This document shows, in pieces, positions 26,914 through 36,945 of a stretch of DNA of 64,000 bases; position 1 is the stretch's first letter, and every line of letters begins with the position of its first letter. Both the position numbers and the translations under genes were made by a program. The stretch is taken from assembly GCA_964581775.1 (NCBI GenBank), contig CAZOQA010000002.1:21125-85124 (forward strand), read 5' to 3'. The notes under the pieces are model-generated. The model was not told where the DNA came from, did no database searches, and saw nothing but the letters and a program-made list of their open reading frames with translations. Source of the DNA: an uncultured Thermoplasmatales archaeon (GTDB lineage Archaea > Thermoplasmatota > SW-10-69-26).

Positions 26914-27135
26914 CTACTCCCCGCGCCGGCGCCGCTTTTGCACCCACACCACCACGAACACGCCCCCGATCGTGACCGAGAACAACAACGGGAACGCCGT
27001 ACCCGGCGCGCGAACCAACACGCCCCTCAACGCGTACGCCACGCCCACCGCCAACGCCCCCACCACGAACGTCACGCCCGCCACCCACGGATCGAACTCC
27101 ACGCCCCCCACGCGCACAACGTGCACCCCCTTCAA
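26914..27135 (-). CDS. Small two-TM membrane protein with RRRRGE tail (hypothetical)
   Basis: 73 aa. The TTG start overlaps the thiDN stop as TTGA. Third codon positions are almost all G or C. No family recognised. Confidence 0.45.
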   Translation of the reverse strand: MKGVHVVRVGGVEFDPWVAGVTFVVGALAVGVAYALRGVLVRAPGTAFPLLFSVTIGGVFVVVWVQKRRRRGE

Positions 27136-28448
27136 GCCTCAAGCGCGCCGCACAACGCCTCCAGCTTCTCCACCAACGCGCCCGGGTCCTCAGCCAGGAT
27201 GCGCACCATCGCCTCCTTGCCCACACCCCCACCATCCACGACCAGATCCGCGCCAGGATCCCGCTTCAACGCCTGCACCGTGCCCCACGACATCGTAGAC
27301 GAGACCCCCTCCGGCTCGTCCTCCCGATCGAACCGCACCCACGACAAGCCCGCCCCCTCAGCCGCCCGCAACACATCCTCCCCGAACGCCACGTTCATCG
27401 CGCACGACATACCCGGATCCACCTCCCGAGCCGCCAACACCACGCGCGCCACGTGGCTGGACGCCCCCCGCACCACCGGCCCCGGCACCGTGAACCCCCT
27501 CCCCGAGCGCGTCACGCGCCGCGACAAGCTCAACACGTCCCCCACGCCTGTCGCATCCTCGGGAGCCTGCGCCATGTTGATGCCCACCTCCGGCACCAAC
27601 CGCTCCTCGAGCACCGCCACCGCCCGCCACGCCGCCTGGCTCAACGCGGCCCCCTCCCCAGGTCCCGGCTGATGCGCGCCCAACGCATCCAACACGCCCG
27701 GGCCCGCCCCCGGCCCGTACGAGGCCTCCAGGGCTCGCTGCATGCGCGCCCGAGCCTCGCGCACCGCCCCCTCGAGCTCGTGGCCCCGAGCCAGAAGGCC
27801 CGCGATCAGGCTCGAGTACGTGCACCCGGCCCCGTGGAAGCTCCCCTCCAGGCGCGGGTAGGCGAGCTCACGCGTGTGCTCGTCCGTCACCAAGATGTCC
27901 ACGGCGTCCTCCGTACCAAGGTGCCCGCCCTTGGCCAACACCGCCTTCCAGCCCCGCTCGAGCAGGTCCCCCGCAGCCTCGCGGGCCTCGTCCAAGGTTC
28001 CTACGGTCTGCCCGGTGAGCTGCTCCAGCTCGAGCACGTTGGGCGTGGCAAGCGTGGTCACCTCAGCCAGCCTGGCCAGAGCCTCCGCGAGGCTGCCCTC
28101 CATGAGGGCATCCCCGCTCGTGGCCACCATCACCGGGTCCACGACCACCGGCACCTGTTCGCCCTCGAGGGCCAAAGCGACGGCTTCCACGATCTCGGCG
28201 CTGTGAAGCATCCCGGTCTTCACGGCTTGCACGTCAAGGTCCTCGAAGACGGCGTGGATCTGCGCGGTGACGGCGTCGGCCGGGAGCGGGTCGACGCGTT
28301 CGACGCCTTGCGTGTGCTGGCTGGTCACGCTCGTGATCGCGGTGGCGCCGTGCACGCCCGTGGCTGCGAACGCTTTCAAGTCCGCTTGGATGCCGGCGCC
28401 GCCGCCGGAGTCGGAGCCTGCGATGGAGAGGACCGTTGGGGGCCGCAT
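27132..28448 (-). CDS. thiDN: Bifunctional HMP/HMP-P kinase + thiamine-phosphate synthase (ThiD-ThiN fusion)
   Basis: ThiD N-terminus VLSIAGSDSGGGAGIQADLK and GGH..GAGCT. The C-terminal ~170 aa are ThiN-like (INMAQAP..SHVARVVL). Confidence 0.85.
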   Translation of the reverse strand: MRPPTVLSIAGSDSGGGAGIQADLKAFAATGVHGATAITSVTSQHTQGVERVDPLPADAVTAQIHAVFEDLDVQAVKTGMLHSAEIVEAVALALEGEQVPVVVDPVMVATSGDALMEGSLAEALARLAEVTTLATPNVLELEQLTGQTVGTLDEAREAAGDLLERGWKAVLAKGGHLGTEDAVDILVTDEHTRELAYPRLEGSFHGAGCTYSSLIAGLLARGHELEGAVREARARMQRALEASYGPGAGPGVLDALGAHQPGPGEGAALSQAAWRAVAVLEERLVPEVGINMAQAPEDATGVGDVLSLSRRVTRSGRGFTVPGPVVRGASSHVARVVLAAREVDPGMSCAMNVAFGEDVLRAAEGAGLSWVRFDREDEPEGVSSTMSWGTVQALKRDPGADLVVDGGGVGKEAMVRILAEDPGALVEKLEALCGALEA

Positions 28449-28558
28449 GCGGGCCAGGATGCCGTCTTCTTGGCCTTAATTGCCACGGCGTGGAGAAAGG
28501 AAGACGGGGCCGGGTGGCCCCGTGGGGATGCCATCCGGGGTTTAGGGGGACGCGGGGG

Positions 28559-28978
28559 TCAGGCCTCGATGCCGGTCTCGAGCGCGGGCTCGGCGTCGCT
28601 GGCCTTGTAGTGCTGCTCGAGGACGTCCACGAACCAGGCTTGCACGTCGTCGAAGTGCTCGGTGTGGAAGTGTTGGGGGGTGTGCTTGTAGCAGCGGATC
28701 TCCCACTGGGCAAGCGGGTGGTCGACGGTGCGCACGGCCTGGATTTGACCGATCAGGGTGGCGCCCTCGTCGTCCACGGTGAACACGCGCGCCACGCTGA
28801 CGCGCAGCTCACCGTTCACGACGAGCCCGGGCGTCTGGTGCGTCTCGACGTACAGGCCCTCGTCGGGCTCGCCCTCGGGGAGCGTGGGAAGCTGCGTGGC
28901 AAGCCGCTTGACGGTAGGGTGCTCAAGCGCCTTGGCACGGAGCGCATCGGCCTTGGCGGAAGCGTCGTGGCCGGGCAT
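28559..28978 (-). CDS. Hypothetical protein
   Basis: 139-aa ORF with normal-looking composition. No family recognised. Confidence 0.5.
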   Translation of the reverse strand: MPGHDASAKADALRAKALEHPTVKRLATQLPTLPEGEPDEGLYVETHQTPGLVVNGELRVSVARVFTVDDEGATLIGQIQAVRTVDHPLAQWEIRCYKHTPQHFHTEHFDDVQAWFVDVLEQHYKASDAEPALETGIEA

Positions 28979-29161
28979 GGGTCAGGGTTCTCGCGGGGTA
29001 TAAGAAGCCTTCACGAACAAGCGTTCCCCATCCCCTAGCACGTGTCTTCGCCGCGGCCCCTGCTGGCAAGGCATGAGGGGAGAAGAAGGGGGCCGGGCCG
29101 GTGGGGCCCGGCCGGGTGGAGGCCGGCCGCTTGGATGGCTCAAGCGGGCCGGTTCGACCGC

Positions 29162-30601
29162 TTAGGGCACGTAGTGCGCGATCTCGACGGTGGTCTGGCC
29201 CTGCGTGAGCAGGCTTTGCTCCGCGAAGGTGACCTCGATGGTGCCGTCGCTGAAGCGCTCTTGGTCCACCTCGTCGCTCGAGGAGAACGCGCCGCCCAGG
29301 AACGCGGCCTCCTGCTGGATGTGCGCGATCTCGCCCAGGGGCCCCGTCACGGTCAGCTCCCGGTCGAAGCTTGCGCTTTCCTGGCTGGCGTACACGGCGA
29401 GGCCCACCATGCCGCCGGTCAGGTTGGCCTGCTGGGTTCGGGCCTCGTTTTGCGCGTGCTCGAACGTGACCTCGACCTGGTCGATCTCGAGCTGTTCGGC
29501 CGCGGCCTCGCTCGCGTCGTCGGCGAGCGCGACCAGGACGGCGTCCTCGTCGCCCTGCACGTCCTCCACGAACACGACGGCGGTTTTCTGCTTGAGCTCG
29601 AGCGCTTGCACGTCCATGGCTTGCGCGCGCTGGGTCTGGTTGTCCTCGGCGGCGCGCTCGCCTTCCAGGGTCACGATGTGCTGGACCGTGTGGTTGTCGT
29701 CGTAGACGAGCACGTCGGCCTCGGTGCCAGGTGCCACGGCCAGCACGAGCTGTTGCGAGTCGTTTGCGTTGACCCTGTAGGCTTCCTGCTCGTGCGCGTT
29801 CGCGACGACCTCGACGTCCTCCAGCGGGTCCTCGTCCTCGCTGGGCGCCTCGGGGGCCTCTCGCACGTACTCGTGTTGCACGAGCAGCAGCTCGCCCTCG
29901 AACGCGTCCGCCGTGGCCTCGACGTGGTAGGTGCCAGCGGTGAGCTTGTCGGGGTCGAACACGGTGGTGGCGTCGGCCAGGCGCGCGCCGGCGGTCTCGT
30001 TGGCGCTGGCGTCCTCGATCACGTGCACGGGGCCCTCCTCGGTGGCGAGGCTGGCGTCGAGGCCCTCGTACACGCCGTCGGCTTCGAGGCGGGCGGTGGC
30101 GGGCTGCGGGTCGATGCGCAGCGCGAGCTCTTCCTCGAGGGCGCCTTCGTCTTGTTCTGCGACGACCTGCTGGGTCTTTTCGACCTGGATCTCCTTGATG
30201 GAGGGTGCGTCGTCCTCGGCGTCCTCCTCTGCGAACTGGATGGCGAGCTCGGCGTTCGTGGTCTCCGTCACGAAGAGGACCCAGGCGCCTTCCTGGTCCG
30301 CGATCAGCTCAAGCGTGTCGTTTGCTTCGAGCTCGAACGCCCCGAAGAACGCGTCGTCGGGATCGTACACGGCGAAGGAGGCTTGAGGCGATCGGTCCGC
30401 TTCCCCGTCCTCGAGGGCCAGCTGGACGCGCTGGTCCTCCGCGAGCTCGATCTCGTAGGCTTGGTTCTCGTCCGTGGCCGTGCCCACGGTCGCGTACTCT
30501 TCACCGGTCGCCGTCGAGGCGACGAGGAACCCGGTCACGAGCGCGAGCGCGACCAGGACCGCGATGCCGGTCCGGCGGGCGTTCGGTTCGAAGGGTGTCA
30601 T
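29162..30601 (-). CDS. Membrane-anchored/secreted highly acidic protein, paralog 1 (unknown function)
   Basis: N-terminal anchor GIAVLVALALVTGFLVA followed by ~450 aa rich in Asp/Glu. Same length and order of blocks as the upstream neighbour. Confidence 0.7.
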   Translation of the reverse strand: MTPFEPNARRTGIAVLVALALVTGFLVASTATGEEYATVGTATDENQAYEIELAEDQRVQLALEDGEADRSPQASFAVYDPDDAFFGAFELEANDTLELIADQEGAWVLFVTETTNAELAIQFAEEDAEDDAPSIKEIQVEKTQQVVAEQDEGALEEELALRIDPQPATARLEADGVYEGLDASLATEEGPVHVIEDASANETAGARLADATTVFDPDKLTAGTYHVEATADAFEGELLLVQHEYVREAPEAPSEDEDPLEDVEVVANAHEQEAYRVNANDSQQLVLAVAPGTEADVLVYDDNHTVQHIVTLEGERAAEDNQTQRAQAMDVQALELKQKTAVVFVEDVQGDEDAVLVALADDASEAAAEQLEIDQVEVTFEHAQNEARTQQANLTGGMVGLAVYASQESASFDRELTVTGPLGEIAHIQQEAAFLGGAFSSSDEVDQERFSDGTIEVTFAEQSLLTQGQTTVEIAHYVP

Positions 30602-30671
30602 CGGGTGGTCACCGTGCGGGCCACCCCCCGGGGCCTTAAAGGACAGTTTGGCGACGTCCTTGAAACGACCC

Positions 30672-32117
30672 TCAACCGGCCTCGTACGGCTCGTAGTACG
30701 AGAGGGTCACCTCGACGGTCGCGTCCACACTGTACTCCTCCTCGACCTGGATCGTGAAGGCGCCGCCCGTGAAGTGCTCCTGGTTCGTGGCCGTCTCCCG
30801 CTCGAGGGGCTCCCCGGCCAGGGTCGTCCCCTCTTGCTGCACGTACACCAGGCCCAGCGGACCGTGCACGCGCACCGTGTTCTGGCCTTGGGAGGTTGCG
30901 TCCGTGTCCACGGTCACGCCGACGAGCCCGCCGGGGATGCGCGTCTGGACCTCGTGCTCTTCGCTCGTGGACACGGCGCCCCCGTCGAGCGTGACGCGGG
31001 CCTGGCTTACGCTCGCGTCAGGGGCGGGTTCGGCGGTGCGCAGGCCGGGCAAGAGCACGTGCACCTTCTCATCCTCGCCGCTGACCTGGTCGAGGTAGAT
31101 CGTGTGCGTCGAGTGGGGGTGCACGTGCAGGGCTCGCGCGTCGAAGGGCTCCTCGTCCTCGCTGAACTCCCAGTTGTACCCTTCGGCCTCGTTGAGCCCC
31201 AGCACGGTGCGCGCGTGGTCGCGCTCGTCGTAGACGACGAGCGTGGCGGTCGCGTCGGCGGCCGCGGCGAGCACGATGCGGCCTGCGCGTTGCGCGTCGA
31301 CGTGCACGGCCTCGCCTTGGCTTAGGGACGCGACGGGGATGCCTTTGTCGTGGAGGCTGCTTGGTGCGTCCTCGGCGATCCAGGGGGCCTCCATCGAGCG
31401 GACGTACGTAGCGTGCACGAGGCGGATCTCTCCGCTGAAGCCCTCGGCGCGCGCGGTGACGTGGTAGGGCCCCGGCTCGATGGCGTCCACGCTTGCGCGC
31501 GTTTCGGGCAGGGTGAGCAGCTCGGGGGTCCCGTTCCAGGAGGCGGGTCCCGTCTCGAAGACGGGCCCGTTGCGCGTTTCGATGCGGGCCTCGAACGCGT
31601 TGGCCTCCCCGGTGGCGTCGAGGTGCACGAGCCCGGGTTTGCGGTCGAGCTGCACGATCGCGTCGTCTTCTAGGGGGCCCTCGTCGTGTTCGAGGATGAC
31701 GCGCTCGTGCGTTTGGACGGGGAGCGACCGGACGCGGTCCATGGAGGCTTGGCTTTCGGGCTCGATGTTGATGTCGATGGGCGCGGGGGGGCCGGTGGTC
31801 CGCATGAGCACCCAGGCGCCGTCCTCTTCGATGGGGAAGCGCGCCGTGTCCCCGGGGGCCAGCTCGGGGTGCGCGACGAGCGTGTCGTTCTGGTCGAAGA
31901 CGGCGTAGCGCACGGTGACCTCGTCGGGGCCGAGCACGGTGAGCGTTTCACCTTGTTGCAGCGTGACCTCGAACGCGTCCGCGCCGGGGCCCAGCGTGGC
32001 CAGGGCGGGTCCTGCGTCGTCGCTGAGGCTTGCGTCGGCGATCGTGAACCCGGTCGCCAGCCCGGCTAGGGCCAGAAGGGCGAGCCCGATCGTGTTCGAG
32101 GGGTTGCTGGGGCTCAT
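30672..32117 (-). CDS. Membrane-anchored/secreted acidic protein, paralog 2 (unknown function)
   Basis: N-terminal anchor IGLALLALAGLATGFTIA. Shared blocks with paralog 1 include EDGAWVL, GTYHVEA/GPYHVTA, E..LLLVQHEYVRE/EIRLVHATYVRS and a terminal TVE..YY/HYVP. Confidence 0.7.
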   Translation of the reverse strand: MSPSNPSNTIGLALLALAGLATGFTIADASLSDDAGPALATLGPGADAFEVTLQQGETLTVLGPDEVTVRYAVFDQNDTLVAHPELAPGDTARFPIEEDGAWVLMRTTGPPAPIDINIEPESQASMDRVRSLPVQTHERVILEHDEGPLEDDAIVQLDRKPGLVHLDATGEANAFEARIETRNGPVFETGPASWNGTPELLTLPETRASVDAIEPGPYHVTARAEGFSGEIRLVHATYVRSMEAPWIAEDAPSSLHDKGIPVASLSQGEAVHVDAQRAGRIVLAAAADATATLVVYDERDHARTVLGLNEAEGYNWEFSEDEEPFDARALHVHPHSTHTIYLDQVSGEDEKVHVLLPGLRTAEPAPDASVSQARVTLDGGAVSTSEEHEVQTRIPGGLVGVTVDTDATSQGQNTVRVHGPLGLVYVQQEGTTLAGEPLERETATNQEHFTGGAFTIQVEEEYSVDATVEVTLSYYEPYEAG

Positions 32118-32187
32118 CCTTGCGGGGAGGCATGGGGCTTGTCCCCTGTAGCTTTAGCCTAGCCTTCGTCGAAACGTCGTGGGGGGC

Positions 32188-33018
32188 TTAGGCGTACACG
32201 TGGCCTTCGACCTGGGCGCCGTCGAACTCGCCCGGCAGGAGCTTGTCGGGGTCGAGCACGGCGCCGGTGGTGGCGTACGCGCTGATGACGGCGTCCAACG
32301 CGTCGCCGCCGCCGTCGCGGAGCACGTTGCTGAGCACGCCTTGCGCGCGGATGGTGAGCGTGCCGGACCCTTGCAGGTTCTTGAGGATGCGGGTGCGGGC
32401 GGCGCGGTGCTCTTGCGTGGTGCCTTTGTAGCTGACCTTGTGCCCTTGCGCGCGCATGGTGCTTCCCGGGCAGACCTCCAGGACCCAGGGTTTGCCTTCC
32501 TCGGGCTCCATCATGGGTAACACGCAGATCTCTTCGTCCTGGACGAGGGGGCTTAGAAGGTCCGCGATGCCGTGGTAGGTCTGCTTGTACATGCGAAGGT
32601 TGTACGGGGAGAAGGGCGTGTCGTTGACCTCGTCGGTTTCGCGCTTGAGCTCGGCTCCGGGCGAGGCGCGTTGGCAGGCCATGCGGAAGGCGTCCGCGTC
32701 TTGGTGGCGCTTGGAGAAGTTGACGACGAAGTCGTGCCAGTTGTCCTCGTCGACGAGCGTGGCGGGCAGCCCGAAGGGGAAGTCGAGCCCGATGGCGCAG
32801 GATTCCTGCTCGGCGATCCAGTCCCGGAGCGCGTCGAGGAAGGGCTCCCGCTGCGTCGAGGAGTTGGGCAGGGAGGAGCCGGTGCGGCAGTTGTCGATCT
32901 TCAGGGAGCCGCTCTCGAGGGCGCCGGATGCGATCCAGCTGTTGTTCCCGGCGGAGCGTCCCCCGCTGAAGTCGATGCCATGCACCATCTCCGGCGGCTG
33001 GGGAGGTTGGTCGGTCAT
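32188..33018 (-). CDS. DUF429-like (RNase H-fold) protein
   Basis: N-terminal GIDFSG and C-terminal DALDAVISAY, as in DUF429. The assignment is from memory of the family motifs. Confidence 0.5.
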   Translation of the reverse strand: MTDQPPQPPEMVHGIDFSGGRSAGNNSWIASGALESGSLKIDNCRTGSSLPNSSTQREPFLDALRDWIAEQESCAIGLDFPFGLPATLVDEDNWHDFVVNFSKRHQDADAFRMACQRASPGAELKRETDEVNDTPFSPYNLRMYKQTYHGIADLLSPLVQDEEICVLPMMEPEEGKPWVLEVCPGSTMRAQGHKVSYKGTTQEHRAARTRILKNLQGSGTLTIRAQGVLSNVLRDGGGDALDAVISAYATTGAVLDPDKLLPGEFDGAQVEGHVYA

Positions 33019-33183
33019 GTAGACGAATCCATACTTAAAGGAGCTCCAACAGAAAAAGGCATGGGCCCCACCCTCGTCGTTTTGACGACCCGTTCAGGGG
33101 GTCAGTGTCGCTGGTCCTCGTCGCCGAGACGAGATGCTGCGCGGGGGAACGGTCTTGGGGGAGAAGATGCTGCCCCGTCTTGG

Positions 33184-33861
33184 ATGCGGACCCGTTGCCT
33201 GGCCCTGGCGCTTGCGCTGCTTGCCGTCCCGGCAGCCGGCTGCCTGCAGCAGACAGGACCGGGGTCCTCCGAGACGGTCCAGGATGACTTCGAGACGGGC
33301 ATCGACGCGTGGAACCCGCGAGCCGACGTGCCCGAGGATCCCAACCGCGAGGACCAAGACGTCGCCTGGGACATCGTGCCCTCCGATGAGGTGGCGCGAA
33401 GCGGGGACTGGAGCGTGGCCTTCCAGCTGGATGGCCTCCAGGACGACGGGACCATCTGGCTCGAGCGCCCCTTCCAGATCGAGGCCGACCAAGCCTACCG
33501 GGCCAACGTCTCCCTGTGGGCGCACAGCGAGAACGAGAGCTTCAACCAGCGGGCCCACCTCGTCATGCACGTCGGGCACGAGGCCCCCGAGGCAGAGGAG
33601 GACTTCCCCGCACCCGGGGAGGCCACCAACGCCTCCAGCCAGGCCCCCACCGGCGGGCTTCGGCTTCCCCTCGACCGGGCCCAGGGATGGAGCGAGTACA
33701 CGTTCGAGTGGCCCGTGCCCCCCGCGGAGGAGCGCGAGGACCGCGCCCTCTACGTCGCGTTCGGCATCTCAGCGGTCTGGGAGACCGAGCTCGAGTACCA
33801 CGTGGACGACCTCAAGATCACGCTCACGCGCATGCCCGCGGACGAGCCCAGCGAGGCCTGA
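33184..33861 (+). CDS. Lipoprotein with CBM/galactose-binding-like beta-sandwich domain (unknown function)
   Basis: Start placed at MRTRCLALALALLAVPAAGC (lipobox). FETGIDAW..GDWSVAF..YRANVSLWA resembles CBM4/9-type jelly rolls. Confidence 0.6.
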   Translation: MRTRCLALALALLAVPAAGCLQQTGPGSSETVQDDFETGIDAWNPRADVPEDPNREDQDVAWDIVPSDEVARSGDWSVAFQLDGLQDDGTIWLERPFQIEADQAYRANVSLWAHSENESFNQRAHLVMHVGHEAPEAEEDFPAPGEATNASSQAPTGGLRLPLDRAQGWSEYTFEWPVPPAEEREDRALYVAFGISAVWETELEYHVDDLKITLTRMPADEPSEA

Positions 33862-33990
33862 CCCACGCTAGCCTGACACGTCCCCCGGGGCGAAAGGTTT
33901 AGAGGGAAGACCGCGCGATGGGAGCGGTGCCTGTGCCCTACCCAGCCGGGCGCCAGAGGCCATAACGCGCGTGCGCGCGGAGCTGCTCCC

Positions 33991-36858
33991 ATGACGAAGC
34001 TCGTGATCGTCGAGTCCCCCGCGAAGGTCGAGACCATCCGAAAGTTCCTGCCCGACGGGTACAAGGTCGACAGCAGCGTGGGCCACGTCCGCGACCTCCC
34101 CGAGGGCGCCAAGCAGGTCCCCAGCCGCTACCAGGACGAGGACTGGGCCGACCTCGCCGTGAACGTCGAGGACGACTTCGAACCCATCTACGTGACCATC
34201 CCCGGCAAGCAGAAGGTCCTCAAGCGGCTCAAGGACGAGATCGACGACGCCGAGATCCTCTACCTGGCCACGGACGAGGACCGGGAAGGCGAATCCATCA
34301 GCTGGCACCTCGCCCAGGTGCTCGACCCGGAGATCCCCGTGCAACGCATGGTCTTCAACGAGATCACCAAGGAGGCCATCGAGCACGCCCTCGAGGAGCC
34401 CCGCGACATCGACATGGACCTCGTCGAGGCCCAGGAAGCCCGCCGCATCCTCGACCGCTTGTACGGGTACACCCTCTCCCCCCTTCTCTGGAGGAAGATC
34501 GGGTCCGGGCTCTCCGCCGGCCGCGTGCAATCCCCCGCCGTGCGCCTGGTCGTGATGCGCGAGCGCGAACGCCGCGCCTTCAAGAGCGCAGAGTACTGGG
34601 ACCTGGCCGCCCTGCTCTCCCAGGAAGCCACACGGTTCGACGCGACCCTCTCCGAGCTGGACGGGACCCGCGTCGCCACCGGCGCCGACTTCGACGAGAA
34701 CACCGGCGAGCTCGTCCCCGACGCGGACGTCGTGCTCGTCGACGAGGACACCGCCCACGACCTCGTCGACCGCCTCGACGAGGCCCCCTGGACCGTGACC
34801 AGCGTCGAGGAACGCCACCGCCAATCCACCCCCCCCGCCCCGTTCAAGACGAGCACCCTCCAACAGGTCGCCAACTCCCGGCTCAGCCTGAGCCCCGGGG
34901 ACACGATGAGCATCGCACAGGACCTCTACGAGGACGGGCACATCACGTACATGCGAACCGACTCCACCGCGCTCAGCCAGGAAGGGCTCAACGGCGCACG
35001 CGAGGCCGTCAAGCGCGAATGGGGCCCCGACCTCGTCCCCTCCGACCCCCGCACGTACGAGGAGGAGACCGGCGAGGACGCGCAGGAAGCCCACGAGGCC
35101 ATCCGCCCCGCCGGGGCCACGTTCACCCCGCCCGAAGACGCAGGCCTCACCGGGCGCCACAAGAAGCTCTACGACCTCATCTACCGGCGCACGCTGGCCA
35201 GCCAGATGCCCAACGAGCGCTACACCAGCACCACCGCCCTCATCGACGCCGAACCCGCGGACCCCGACGAGCCCGACACGGCCCGCTTCAAGGCCACCGG
35301 GAAGAAGGTCGACTTCCGCGGCTACCGCCTGGCCTGGCCCACCCGCGGAGACGGGCCGACCGAGCTGCCGCCCCTCGAGGAGGGCGACACGGTCCAGCTC
35401 GAGGATCTGGAAGCCAAAGGCCACCAGACGCAACCCCCCAGCCGGTTCACCGAAGCCAGCCTCGTGGAAGCCCTCGAGGACGAGGGCATCGGACGCCCCA
35501 GCACGTACGCGGACATCATCTCCCGCATCCAGGAGAAGGACTACGTCAAAAAGCATGGCCGAGCCCTCGTGCCCACCCTCACCGCGTTCGCCGTCACCGG
35601 GTTCCTCGAAGAGCACTTCCCGCGCCTGGTCGACCTCGAGTTCACCGCGAACATGGAGGAGACCCTCGACGACATCGCCGCCGGCCGCGCCGAGAGCACC
35701 CCCTACCTCGAGGAGTTCTTCCTGGGCACGGACGGTCTCAAAGCCCAGGTCGACGAGAAGAACGATACCGTCGAAGGCGCGGAGGCGCGCCAGATCCGGT
35801 TCGAGGATCTCCCCTACACGGTGAAGGTCGGACGCTACGGTCCCTACGTCGAACACGAGGACGACGACGGCGAGATCGTGCGCGCGAACCTCCCCGACGA
35901 TCTCACCCCCGACGAGATCGACGAGGATCTGCTCGAGCGCCTGATCCGACAAGAGATCGAAGGCCCCGACGCGCTCGGCCAAGACCCCGACACGGGCGAG
36001 GACATCTTCCTGCTCACCGGACGCTACGGCCCCTACGTCCAACGTGGCGCCACCGAGGAGGTCGACGGGAAACCCGACCGCGCCTCCCTGCCCGAGGGCA
36101 TGACGATGGACGAGGTCACGCTCGAGGACGCCCTGTGGCTTCTCTCGCTGCCCCAGCCCATCGGAGAGCACCCCGACGGCGGCCAGGTCCTCATCGGGAT
36201 CGGCCGCTACGGGCCCTACGTGTGCCACGACCCCGAGGACGGCGACCGCGTCTACGCGAACGTGGACGACTACACCCAGCTCAAGGAGATCCCCCTCGAC
36301 GACGCCATCGAGCGTATCCGCAAGAAGAAAAACCGCACCCGGAAAGGCGTCATCCGAGAGATGGGGGAGCACCCTGAGACGGGGAGCACCATCGAGCTAC
36401 GCGGCGGTCGCTACGGGCCCTACTTCAAGCACCAGGGCACCAACAAGAGCCTCCCCGACGACCTGGACGTCGAAGAGGCGACGCTCGAAGACGCGGTCTT
36501 CCTCGTGGAGCTGCCCGAGGAGCTTGGCGAACATCCCGGCGGAGGCACCCTGCTCAAAGACCTGGGCCGCTATGGCCCGTACATCGCGCGCGAGGACGAC
36601 GACGGGGACCGGACCTTCGAGAGCCTGACAGGCTACCAGGACCTCCGCGAGGCCGACCTCGAGGACGCGCTTTTCCTCTTCTCCCTCCCGCAGACGCTGG
36701 GCGAGCACCCCGAAGAAGGCTCCCTCGCCGTCAAGCAAAGCCGAGAAGGCCCCTACCTGGCCCACGAGATCGACGGCGAGGACCACAAGCAGGTCCGAGG
36801 CCTCCCCCTTCGGAGCTTGCGCGAGCTGGACCTCAAGGACGCGCTGGCCCACCTTTGA
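33991..36858 (+). CDS. topA: DNA topoisomerase I (type IA, bacterial TopA-like) with six C-terminal GRYGPY repeats
   Basis: TOPRIM domain LVIVESPAKV..GHVRDLP and active-site region ITYMRTDS. C-terminal repeats: GRYGPYVEH, GRYGPYVQR, GRYGPYVCH, GRYGPYFKH, GRYGPYIAR, EGPYLAH. Confidence 0.95.
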   Translation: MTKLVIVESPAKVETIRKFLPDGYKVDSSVGHVRDLPEGAKQVPSRYQDEDWADLAVNVEDDFEPIYVTIPGKQKVLKRLKDEIDDAEILYLATDEDREGESISWHLAQVLDPEIPVQRMVFNEITKEAIEHALEEPRDIDMDLVEAQEARRILDRLYGYTLSPLLWRKIGSGLSAGRVQSPAVRLVVMRERERRAFKSAEYWDLAALLSQEATRFDATLSELDGTRVATGADFDENTGELVPDADVVLVDEDTAHDLVDRLDEAPWTVTSVEERHRQSTPPAPFKTSTLQQVANSRLSLSPGDTMSIAQDLYEDGHITYMRTDSTALSQEGLNGAREAVKREWGPDLVPSDPRTYEEETGEDAQEAHEAIRPAGATFTPPEDAGLTGRHKKLYDLIYRRTLASQMPNERYTSTTALIDAEPADPDEPDTARFKATGKKVDFRGYRLAWPTRGDGPTELPPLEEGDTVQLEDLEAKGHQTQPPSRFTEASLVEALEDEGIGRPSTYADIISRIQEKDYVKKHGRALVPTLTAFAVTGFLEEHFPRLVDLEFTANMEETLDDIAAGRAESTPYLEEFFLGTDGLKAQVDEKNDTVEGAEARQIRFEDLPYTVKVGRYGPYVEHEDDDGEIVRANLPDDLTPDEIDEDLLERLIRQEIEGPDALGQDPDTGEDIFLLTGRYGPYVQRGATEEVDGKPDRASLPEGMTMDEVTLEDALWLLSLPQPIGEHPDGGQVLIGIGRYGPYVCHDPEDGDRVYANVDDYTQLKEIPLDDAIERIRKKKNRTRKGVIREMGEHPETGSTIELRGGRYGPYFKHQGTNKSLPDDLDVEEATLEDAVFLVELPEELGEHPGGGTLLKDLGRYGPYIAREDDDGDRTFESLTGYQDLREADLEDALFLFSLPQTLGEHPEEGSLAVKQSREGPYLAHEIDGEDHKQVRGLPLRSLRELDLKDALAHL

Positions 36859-36945
36859 CCGCGACTCCAGCCAGGACCCCGAGCCTTCCCCGAGCACGAC
36901 GGGGACCGACGCAGCCTTTGAGTACCCCTTCCCCTTGCCAGGCCC

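Noticed and set aside
32188-33018. DUF429 RNase H-fold protein as part of a novel nucleic-acid-targeting system.
   Set aside because: It is a stand-alone gene flanked by unrelated surface-protein genes. There are no coupled partners and no overlapping or co-oriented effector genes, so there is nothing beyond the family call itself.
33868-36372. 834-aa ORF antisense to topA. Similar long antisense or alternate-frame ORFs include 12796..14244, 20018..21835, 22518..24773, 29042..30757, 47411..49084, 49934..52015, 60401..62701 and 62863..63918.
   Set aside because: Their translations are Gly/Val/Arg/Asp/His low-complexity strings with no motifs. They lie opposite genes with unmistakable family signatures. 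In a genome this GC-rich, stop codons are rare in all frames, so long spurious ORFs are expected.
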